Shown here one piece after another: positions 10,753 to 18,004 of a DNA stretch of 64,000 nucleotides (its first letter is position 1; each line of letters starts with the position of its first letter). Position numbers and translations under genes: made by a program. The stretch comes from a virus. Lineage: Duplodnaviria; Heunggongvirae; Uroviricota; Caudoviricetes. The notes beneath the pieces were generated by a model. That model was not told the origin of the DNA. It saw only the letters and a program-made list of their open reading frames with translations, and made no database searches. Location of the stretch: the IMG/VR virus record IMGVR_UViG_3300031555_007106. One strand, given 5' to 3'.

Positions 10753-10986
10753 TCTTTACTACAGTGCAAATTCATACACCTCTAAAGCTTGTACTTGGCG
10801 AATTGCCTTTATCGATACGCTTTACTATAGTGTAAATTCATGCACCTCTAAAGCGATGACTTCTCTAAAGAAGACAGCAATCTTACTTTACTATAGTGTA
10901 AATTCATACACCTCTAAAGCACTGCCGATGAAGATATTAATTGGCACGTAGCTTTACTATGGTGTAAATTCATACACCTCTAAAGC
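10753..10986. CRISPR. CRISPR mini-array 1 (4 repeats, 3 spacers)
   Basis: 36-nt repeats at 10753, 10819, 10885, 10951; three 30-nt spacers; leftmost repeat most degenerate. Confidence 0.95.
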
Positions 10987-11145
10987 CTCAAATTCAGTTT
11001 TACAGTGTATATTACACATATAGTCTCGTACGGACTACTAAGTACGAGGTTTTCTGACCGTTAAGGTCAACCTTTGCAAGAGTGGAACTCCAGCGTTAGC
11101 AAACGTCTTACAGGCCCTTCTCGCTCTAAGGGTGCAAAGCCACCC
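10987..11145. ncRNA. array-fused structured RNA, copy 1 (short form) with anti-repeat
   Basis: near-identical to 11719-11880 and 12938-13097; anti-repeat 10997-11024; hairpins CTCGTAC/GTACGAG, TGACC/GGTCA, GGGTG/CACCC. Confidence 0.75.
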
Positions 11146-11195
11146 ATTGTTTTTCAAAAAAATCTCGGTTGTTTATAACTAAGATTTACTTTTGT

Positions 11196-11384
11196 TCAAA
11201 GTCTATTAAGATTTTTCTTAAAGTCCTTTAAAAATCCCGAAACATAACAGGATGTAAATGGTTTACTAGGGCCTTTAGCCTCTTTCGACTCCGCGATTAA
11301 ATCAACACACCGCATCGGTTTCACTGAATCCCTAATATGATAAAAAGAATTTGTAATCTTACGAGGTGTAATTCTCTGTGCCAT
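11196..11384 (-). CDS. small basic hypothetical protein (62 aa)
   Basis: MAQRITPRK...; RBS AAGGAG; lies between array 2 and RNA copy 1. Confidence 0.5.
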   Translation of the reverse strand: MAQRITPRKITNSFYHIRDSVKPMRCVDLIAESKEAKGPSKPFTSCYVSGFLKDFKKNLNRL

Positions 11385-11403
11385 TATTTTTTCTCCTTGA
11401 TTT

Positions 11404-11523
11404 TTAACAATAATGCTGATATATTGCAGCATCATAACCACTTTTATGCCCGATTTTGTATGAAATTCTCACAATAATGCAACCTGTTGCTATTGTGCCT
11501 ATCAAAATAATTACTTTTTTCAT
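11404..11523 (-). CDS. small hydrophobic peptide (39 aa)
   Basis: MKKVIILIGTIATGCIIVRISYKIGHKSGYDAAIYQHYC; AGGAG RBS; not in ORF track (below length cutoff). Confidence 0.5.
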   Translation of the reverse strand: MKKVIILIGTIATGCIIVRISYKIGHKSGYDAAIYQHYC

Positions 11524-11550
11524 TTTGTCTCCTGTTCGGTTTTGATTTTT

Positions 11551-11718
11551 ATTTTACTATGGTGTAAATCCATACACCTCTAAAGCTTTTCCATATTTTT
11601 TCGGTACTAACGTTTAGCTTTACTATAGTGTAAATTCATACACCTCTAAAGCTTAAAAAATGAATAAGCCGTGAAAATCCTAGCTTTACTATAGTGTAAA
11701 TTCATACACCCCTAAAGC
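11551..11718. CRISPR. CRISPR mini-array 2 (3 repeats, 2 spacers)
   Basis: repeats at 11551, 11617, 11683; two 30-nt spacers. Confidence 0.95.
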
Positions 11719-12169
11719 CTCAAAATTCAGTTTTTTAGTGTGTATTACACATATAGTCTCGTACGGACTGCTAAGTACGAGGTTTTCTGGCCACAAAAGG
11801 TCAACCTTTGCAAGAGTGGAACTCCGGCGTTAATAAACGTCTTACAGGTCCTTCTCGCTCTGAGGGTGCAAAGCCACCCCGACTACGGCTTTATGCCGCT
11901 ATTGGTTGGAGCAACAGGTAGTGACCCTATCTGCTCCAGTATTAAAAAGTTACATCGTCGGGGTGGAAAGTCGCAGAGTTTTAATCTGTTTAAAACCGAC
12001 GATATAACTTTTAAACTTTAAAAGAGAATGCCAACCACTCAGGTAAACTCATTAAATCTGCCAAGGACATTCTCGTGTAACACCCTACGTGTTACTTCCA
12101 TGCATATGAAAGGACTGTTGGCTTACCCAACACAAGATTTAAACTATGCACACTCGTATTAAATCTTGG
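11719..12169. ncRNA. array-fused structured RNA, copy 2 (long form with hairpin insertion)
   Basis: colinear with copy 3; anti-repeat 11730-11757; extra ~16-bp stem 11946-11961/11996-12011. Confidence 0.8.
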
Positions 12170-12207
12170 TAAAACATAAAATGCCTATAAGCTTTTTTTA
12201 GCTTACA

Positions 12208-12262
12208 TATATAGTATGATAGAAGAAACTGAAAAACTTTAAACTTTTTCAGTTCTCACACA
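12208..12262 (-). promoter_or_regulatory. promoter of CRISPR-RNA cassette 2
   Basis: minus TATCATACTAT box plus upstream TGTGTGAG motif at the same spacing as 13348-13399 and 31677-31728. Confidence 0.65.
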
Positions 12263-12271
12263 CTCTTTTTT

Positions 12272-12715
12272 TTACTGTTCAATTTTTTCACTATAAAAAC
12301 AAACAATTATTTCAACATTATCATCAAATATCTCCTCAATCATCGTTTTTACTTTATCCCATTCAAGTTTATCTAAACCGCATCCAATAAGAGGCATAGC
12401 AACTTTTTTCACATTTAATTCTATCATTTTTTCTTTCATTGACACTAATGCTTGCCGTAAAGCTTCATATGTAGGTTTATTCCAGCATCTCTTTTTTGTT
12501 ACAAGATTGAATACCGGCGTGTTTTCCGCAATCAAACAATATCCTTCATTATTCCATTTAAAAGAAAATTCGTTCAACAATTTATTCTTCATATTAAAAT
12601 GTTCATTAAACTGCAAAGCAATTCCCTTTCCGAGAGCGAAATCTGCACTTATACAGTGTGCTAACCAATACTCATCTTTCTTGGAAAATAAATCACATTT
12701 TTCTTCTTTTATCAT
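12272..12715 (-). CDS. macro domain ADP-ribose glycohydrolase (TARG1/OARD1/DarG-like)
   Basis: AHCISADFALGKGIA, FNLVTKKR, AMPLIGCGLDKLEW motifs. Confidence 0.85.
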   Translation of the reverse strand: MIKEEKCDLFSKKDEYWLAHCISADFALGKGIALQFNEHFNMKNKLLNEFSFKWNNEGYCLIAENTPVFNLVTKKRCWNKPTYEALRQALVSMKEKMIELNVKKVAMPLIGCGLDKLEWDKVKTMIEEIFDDNVEIIVCFYSEKIEQ

Positions 12716-12781
12716 TCTCTGTTCTTCCTTTCTAATGATTTTATAGCAACGACAGCGATTTACTGATAATACTTACTTTGC

Positions 12782-12937
12782 TCTTTACTATAGTATAAAT
12801 TCATATACCTCTAAAGCGCTTATATTGTTCGCCCGGCTTTACCATAGTGTAAATTCATACACCTCTAAAACGCATAAATTAAATGCGGAAATGCTGTCTG
12901 TGCTTTACTATAGTGTAAATTCATACACCTCTAAAGC
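12782..12937. CRISPR. CRISPR mini-array 3 (3 repeats, 2 spacers)
   Basis: repeats at 12782, 12836, 12902; spacers 18 nt and 30 nt. Confidence 0.93.
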
Positions 12938-13303
12938 CTCAAATTCAGTTTTATAGTGTATGTTACACATATAGTCTCGTACGGACTGCTAAGTACGAGG
13001 TTTTCTGACCTATAAAGGTCAACCTTTGCAAGAGTGGAACTCCGGCGTTAATAAACGTCTTACAGGCCCTTCTCGCTCTGAGGGTGCAAAGCCACCCCGA
13101 CTACGGCTTTATGCCGCTATTGGTTGAAACAACAGGTAGTGACCCTATATGTTCCAGTATAAGAGAAAGCTAACCACTCAGGTTTCCCTGCCAAAGACAT
13201 TCTCATGCGACACCCTATGTGCCACTTCCAAGCATAATTTCAAAAGAGGTGTTGGCTACCCAACAACAAAGTTTAAACTATGCAAACTCGTATTAAACCT
13301 TGG
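12938..13303. ncRNA. array-fused structured RNA, copy 3
   Basis: anti-repeat 12948-12975; multiple stems with compensatory differences relative to copy 2. Confidence 0.8.
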
Positions 13304-13344
13304 ACAATAAATGAAAACACTGTTATAAGAACCAATATCTTACA

Positions 13345-13399
13345 TATATAGTATGATAGAAAAAATTTAAAAACTTTAAACTTTTTCGCCTCTCACACA
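13345..13399 (-). promoter_or_regulatory. promoter of CRISPR-RNA cassette 3
   Basis: TATCATACTAT box and TGTGTGAG motif. Confidence 0.65.
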
Positions 13400-13436
13400 A
13401 AAAAATAATCCCCTCGAGTAATCGAGAGGACTATTT

Positions 13437-13667
13437 TTACGAGTTAATATCAGGGATATCTACCTTTTCGAATACATCCTTGCCGTAAATAAGAGCTAAC
13501 CCGGACCCGTTATCCCAGCTTACATGAATCTGTCCCATATCGTCGATGGAAGCTACTGTTCCTTCTGTACCACTGGGCGGAGCCTGCAAATCATCCATTC
13601 TAACAAGTCGTACTCTTGTTCCTGCGGGATACATCGCCTTAATTGCTGATAATAATCTGTTTGCCAT
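13437..13667 (-). CDS. DUF4314-like protein
   Basis: YPAGTRVRLVRMDD...GTVASIDDMGQIHVSWDNGSGLAL. Confidence 0.75.
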   Translation of the reverse strand: MANRLLSAIKAMYPAGTRVRLVRMDDLQAPPSGTEGTVASIDDMGQIHVSWDNGSGLALIYGKDVFEKVDIPDINS

Positions 13668-13684
13668 TTTTTTGTTTCCTTTCT

Positions 13685-14110
13685 TTATTTCTTTTTAATT
13701 TCCATAAAACAGTTATCGAAATTTTCTCGATACTGTCTTGTGTCGTATACAGCTCTGAACTGAATTCGGATTTTCCCGTTTGTTTCCAGTTCTCGCAATA
13801 AAGCATTTGTATCTATATATGTAGGCTTATGACCATACGGAGATACAATATCGACTCTATTGCAATTGTAGTTGTTGTCGTAATATACGATTTGTCCTTT
13901 TTCTGAATACCACTCGGTAAAGCCATCGGCACCATAACAACGATTACCGGCAAATAACATTAATCTATAACGAACATCTCTTACAGAATTTTCGTTGCAA
14001 GACCAGTTATTTATAGCCTTCATAAAATCATTGATTGTTCCATTCTCCTGATGTTTATCAGTTACAGTAAGAGGACGATAAGAATCGGTGTTGATTTTAA
14101 CTTCGTACAT
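13685..14110 (-). CDS. hypothetical protein
   Basis: ORF track 13685..14227; true start likely MYEVK at 14110 after AAGGAG, downstream of promoter. Confidence 0.55.
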   Translation of the reverse strand: MYEVKINTDSYRPLTVTDKHQENGTINDFMKAINNWSCNENSVRDVRYRLMLFAGNRCYGADGFTEWYSEKGQIVYYDNNYNCNRVDIVSPYGHKPTYIDTNALLRELETNGKIRIQFRAVYDTRQYRENFDNCFMEIKKK

Positions 14111-14172
14111 ACAAATACTCCTTTCGTCAACAATTGAACTACATTTATAGTATGAAAAAGAATCCATAAAAC

Positions 14173-14196
14173 AAAAAGCCCGCCGAAGCGAGCTTT
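14173..14196 (-). terminator. intrinsic terminator (UUCG-loop family)
   Basis: minus GCTCGC-TTCG-GCGGGC-TTTTT. Confidence 0.8.
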
Positions 14197-14208
14197 CATA
14201 TTGACTAC

Positions 14209-14478
14209 TTATGCTACAATCACACAATAGGTCTCATTAAAGTAATTAATCACTTTATTTTTCATTACCGAAACGCCCCATTCGATAGAGTTGAATATTT
14301 TGCAAAAGTTATTATAAAGAGAAATTTCGCATCTGTTCTCTCCATTTATCTTCTCAAATGTCAATTCAACTTCTATTCCATTATTAAAGGTAAGTGTTTG
14401 AGTAAGAGCACCACTGGTTTTAAGTGTAGTTTTATCCTTATCAGACAATGTCACTATGTAATTGTTAGTATTTGTCAT
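14209..14478 (-). CDS. hypothetical protein
   Basis: 89 aa ORF with RBS. Confidence 0.5.
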   Translation of the reverse strand: MTNTNNYIVTLSDKDKTTLKTSGALTQTLTFNNGIEVELTFEKINGENRCEISLYNNFCKIFNSIEWGVSVMKNKVINYFNETYCVIVA

Positions 14479-14490
14479 TTTTCTTCCTTT

Positions 14491-14697
14491 CTAATCAGTT
14501 GTCAGACTAAATCCAAAATGACAGAAACCTGTTTCGTCTGAAATATAGTCACTGACGGTTTCTTCAATTTCGTCTTCATCTTCACATTCCTCAAGGATTT
14601 CTTCAGGAATTTCGATTTCTGTCGGTAATTCTTCCAGAATTTCCTTATCTCCATCAGTATCCCATAAAATGTCATATGCTTTCATTTTCATTTTCAT
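14491..14697 (-). CDS. small acidic hypothetical protein
   Basis: 68 aa ORF with RBS. Confidence 0.5.
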   Translation of the reverse strand: MKMKMKAYDILWDTDGDKEILEELPTEIEIPEEILEECEDEDEIEETVSDYISDETGFCHFGFSLTTD

Positions 14698-14706
14698 TTC
14701 CTTTCT

Positions 14707-14928
14707 TTAATTAATTAAATGAGCATTGGCGATAAAAAACGCGTATACTAAACTTATCATTCCCACTGTCATAAAAGCTACAATGACTGGCCAAGCTAAG
14801 ATAACAGAATACGGTAGTTCTTTCTTCTTTTTCGAATAAACCTTTTCTATAATCTCTATGGCAATATACATAATCGCAGAAATAATAAGCAGAACAACGC
14901 CTATAAGCAAAAGAACGAGTGCTGTCAT
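14707..14928 (-). CDS. small two-TM membrane protein
   Basis: two hydrophobic segments. Confidence 0.55.
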   Translation of the reverse strand: MTALVLLLIGVVLLIISAIMYIAIEIIEKVYSKKKKELPYSVILAWPVIVAFMTVGMISLVYAFFIANAHLIN

Positions 14929-14945
14929 TTAATATTCACCCGCCT

Positions 14946-15815
14946 TTACTGATTACAAAATTCCGCTTCTTTTCCCGCAAATCCTTCCATTAAAGATTTT
15001 ATACGTAATTCAAGTCTTTTAGCTTTGCTTGTCTTGTCAAAATTTGCAAATAGACAAATTATAAGTGTAGCAATCGGAATTACAGTTGCTGAAAGAATGC
15101 TTATTCCTGCTATTAGATTATGAGTTAACAAAACTCCTCCTACAAAAGGACAAATAAGTAACAGCAAAAGAGATAGCCAGAAAGAAAGTTCTTGAATTTC
15201 TTCAAATTTTGTTTCTGAATCATAATATTCATTATATTTATCACGAAACTCGTTCATATCTGCAGATGTTCTTTCATCAGTACATTCCATCAAATCAGCA
15301 AAATTTACCGATTCATTTTCGCCACGTGCTGTTAAACGGTATTCTCCGTTTTCAAGCATTTCCGCTTTACAATGCAAATAAACTTCATTAAAAAGCCTTA
15401 TGTTTGGAAATTCCGGGAACCCAAGTACAACATTAAACCAAACGGGAGAAACCGGAGAAGTTTCATTATCAACAATAGCGTTTGTTACAGGAGCACCGCA
15501 GTGAGGACAAGAATCAGTGATTTTAGAGCTATATGTACCATCACAAAATGTACATTTAGCGATTCTCGACTTTTTCTTTTTTACTTTTACCTTCTTTTCA
15601 ATTTCTCCGAAACGACCTTGAGCATCATTGATAAAGCATAACGTTCCTGCCTTAATTTCAGTTACTTCATTAACAACAAATGAACGTTTGAACACAACCG
15701 GAATATTTTTTCCGTTCATATCGCTTATCCCACAAAAACAAAAAGCTTCTTCTACAAAATTTTCTGTATAATTTCTTCCCATATTATTCATCCTTTCACT
15801 AAACAGCAGCGACAC
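14946..15815 (-). CDS. Zn-ribbon membrane protein
   Basis: CTFC...CPHCGAP; two C-terminal TM helices. Confidence 0.55.
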   Translation of the reverse strand: MSLLFSERMNNMGRNYTENFVEEAFCFCGISDMNGKNIPVVFKRSFVVNEVTEIKAGTLCFINDAQGRFGEIEKKVKVKKKKSRIAKCTFCDGTYSSKITDSCPHCGAPVTNAIVDNETSPVSPVWFNVVLGFPEFPNIRLFNEVYLHCKAEMLENGEYRLTARGENESVNFADLMECTDERTSADMNEFRDKYNEYYDSETKFEEIQELSFWLSLLLLLICPFVGGVLLTHNLIAGISILSATVIPIATLIICLFANFDKTSKAKRLELRIKSLMEGFAGKEAEFCNQ

Positions 15816-16183
15816 TGCTTTCTTTTGCTGTCTCCGATAACTTTACGCATTTCTTCTTCTGCTTCTTCTTTTGTTAAGAAAAATGATTTTCCTATTTCGT
15901 TTTCTCTGAAACTTGTAGGAACAAAGCTTTTTGTTTCAAGATGATATGCTGTTTGACAACCTTCATAGACATCATATCCTACAACAATAACAGGTATTAT
16001 TTCTTCATGAATATAATTAAAGTAATATACCGTGTTTCCTATTCCCACTTTTGGGAGAAAATAAGCAGAATAATCTTTATAATTCTCGCAGCCGAATTCA
16101 TCAAGTTGTTTTTCAATGTCATTACACACTTCTTGCATGTAACACACCCCGTTATGTATACAATTACGGCATCTTATTTTCAT
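15788..16183 (-). CDS. hypothetical phage-type protein (Cys-rich N-terminus)
   Basis: start MKIRCRNC at 16183 within ORF 15788..16336. Confidence 0.55.
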   Translation of the reverse strand: MKIRCRNCIHNGVCYMQEVCNDIEKQLDEFGCENYKDYSAYFLPKVGIGNTVYYFNYIHEEIIPVIVVGYDVYEGCQTAYHLETKSFVPTSFRENEIGKSFFLTKEEAEEEMRKVIGDSKRKQCRCCLVKG

Positions 16184-16187
16184 ATAT

Positions 16188-16622
16188 TCACCTTCCTGTC
16201 GAACCAAAACCGCCATTACCACGCTCAGATTCATTAAGTTCGTCCACTTCGACAAATTCACAAACATTGTATTCTTTGAGCAACATTTGTGCAATTCTTT
16301 CGTTAGGAGCAATGATTTTATCTTCGTTGGTGTCATTGTGAAGAGGAATTTTTATCTCTCCACGATAATCCTCGTCAATTACAGCATAGCAATTAGAAGG
16401 TCTTAAACCTTTTTTTACAGAAAGCCCGCTTCTAGCTACAATAGCAATGTAATAACCTTTCGGCGGCTCCATTGCCCAACCAATAGGAACAAGTACTGTT
16501 TTGTGGGGAGAGATAACGTAAGTTTGTGGTATGCAAGCATACAAATCGTATCCGGCAGATTTATCTGTTCCTTGTGTAGGAACAACTGCATTCGGATTAA
16601 GTCTTTTTAATTTAATTGTCAT
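16188..16622 (-). CDS. dut: trimeric dUTPase
   Basis: AGYDL, ARSGLS, IDEDYRGEI, RIAQML, RGNGGFGSTG motifs. Confidence 0.95.
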   Translation of the reverse strand: MTIKLKRLNPNAVVPTQGTDKSAGYDLYACIPQTYVISPHKTVLVPIGWAMEPPKGYYIAIVARSGLSVKKGLRPSNCYAVIDEDYRGEIKIPLHNDTNEDKIIAPNERIAQMLLKEYNVCEFVEVDELNESERGNGGFGSTGR

Positions 16623-17344
16623 CGTTTTCTTCCTTTCGGTACATATTCTGATAGTTCTTTTTCTGCAATCTCATTACAATTGTGGACATAAGCACTCATT
16701 ATAGGGCTTTCAAAATCACTATATAAGCAGATATGTACCACTTCATCCTGATTTGTCAGGTACCTTTCGCATATACTCCAGATTTCGTCATAAATGAAGC
16801 TTCTTCTTGAGTAATCATATTCATACGCAAGATTTTCGCTGTCTTTGTACTCTTCAAGAAAATCGCAACCATGTTTTTCTGCATAGCGTTTTTCTATCAT
16901 CTTCTTAGAACAGTGATACCATTTTTTAGCAATTCCTTCAAACAAAGCAACTCCATTCCAAGCATGATAAGGATAATCTTGGTCACAGGAATTCTGAAAA
17001 GCAATAGTGTTATCAAAGATACCTTTTACTCCATTAGGAATACTGAATACACCCAACAGCTTATGTTTTGGTAAGTAAAAATAACGATAAGTAAAACAGC
17101 GATACGCCCAATTGCGGTCAAGTTCTCTTGTTACTTCTCTTGATAATTCACTGTAGCCGACAATTCGCTGTGCAGGACAATAAAAAGCATTTTCCTTTGC
17201 TATTTCTTCAAGATGTTGTGTAACTTCATCTTTAAGCCTTTGAAAGAACGAATATACTTCTTCAGGCTCAATTGTTTTAAATGAAATTTCGCAATAATAA
17301 CTCATTGTTTTTTTCTCCTTATTCTCCGTTATCCATTTTCGCAC
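16619..17344 (-). CDS. hypothetical protein
   Basis: 241 aa ORF in operon. Confidence 0.55.
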   Translation of the reverse strand: MRKWITENKEKKTMSYYCEISFKTIEPEEVYSFFQRLKDEVTQHLEEIAKENAFYCPAQRIVGYSELSREVTRELDRNWAYRCFTYRYFYLPKHKLLGVFSIPNGVKGIFDNTIAFQNSCDQDYPYHAWNGVALFEGIAKKWYHCSKKMIEKRYAEKHGCDFLEEYKDSENLAYEYDYSRRSFIYDEIWSICERYLTNQDEVVHICLYSDFESPIMSAYVHNCNEIAEKELSEYVPKGRKR

Positions 17345-17627
17345 CGCAGTTGCAGTACGGTTCCTTTCTTTTCTCTACCCTACCGCATACGCTACACTTA
17401 TTGATAACGCGGTCATGTAAAATCGGTTCTCCTTCTGTGTCGTATTCAACAGGGATAAGTGTTTTGAAATGGTCATCAACCCATTGTCCGTGCTTTATTT
17501 TTGCATAATCATCAGAAGACTTAAATTGACTACAAAAGCCATTCTTTTCAGCACTGCTCATAAAATCATCTTCGTGTAAAACACAGACGCTCCGATGAAT
17601 ACATCTTTCGCATACTTTATTCGTCAT
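17319..17627 (-). CDS. Zn-ribbon phage-type protein
   Basis: KHGQW...CSVCG...PYCNCGAKMD. Confidence 0.55.
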   Translation of the reverse strand: MTNKVCERCIHRSVCVLHEDDFMSSAEKNGFCSQFKSSDDYAKIKHGQWVDDHFKTLIPVEYDTEGEPILHDRVINKCSVCGRVEKRKEPYCNCGAKMDNGE

Positions 17628-18004
17628 AACGTTATCCTTTCTTTAAATTTGTTTTATATGTGTTCCTTAAAATGCTCAATCACGAGCTTTTCTTGTTTTT
17701 CGCACAGACTCGCCTGATACCCTGAACATCTATTCATTTCATTAGAACGCTGACAGTTATTACATCTGGTTTTGATAAAGTGAACAGCTTCTTCTTTTGT
17801 TCGTATCTCTACTTCACCATATGGCATTTTTGCAATAATTGGCATAATATCAGTCCCTTCATATACAAGTTTCGCTCTCATATACAATTTCATCATCTAT
17901 ACAAACCGCAATATGATTGTTTCCATATCTGTCGCTGATTACAGTTATTTTGATTTCATCCTTTTTGAATAATTCTTTCAGCATATCCTTTAATTCTGCT
18001 TTTT

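Noticed and set aside
10745..10951. 68-aa + strand ORF with repeated LYYSVNSYTSKA
   Set aside because: Artefact of the 66-nt CRISPR period being a multiple of 3.
11740..12021. 93-aa + strand ORF over the conserved RNA
   Set aside because: No RBS, frame not preserved in copies 1 and 3 (indels), and substitutions follow base-pairing rather than codons.
10789..12901. Self-targeting of spacers within this window
   Set aside because: No match noticed by eye, but an exhaustive search was not possible; needs BLAST.
12960..13010. Group I intron-like R/S elements (GAGACTATA on -, ATATAGTC on +)
   Set aside because: The two motifs are the same bases on opposite strands. The potential P7 partner in the repeat lacks the G-C pair of the G-binding site, and there are no P/Q elements or interrupted gene. 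Better explained as the anti-repeat.
13082..13126. Resemblance to a c-di-GMP-I (GEMM) riboswitch (GCAAAGC...TATGCC...GTTG)
   Set aside because: The upstream GNRA-capped P2 stem is absent and no gene lies downstream on +.
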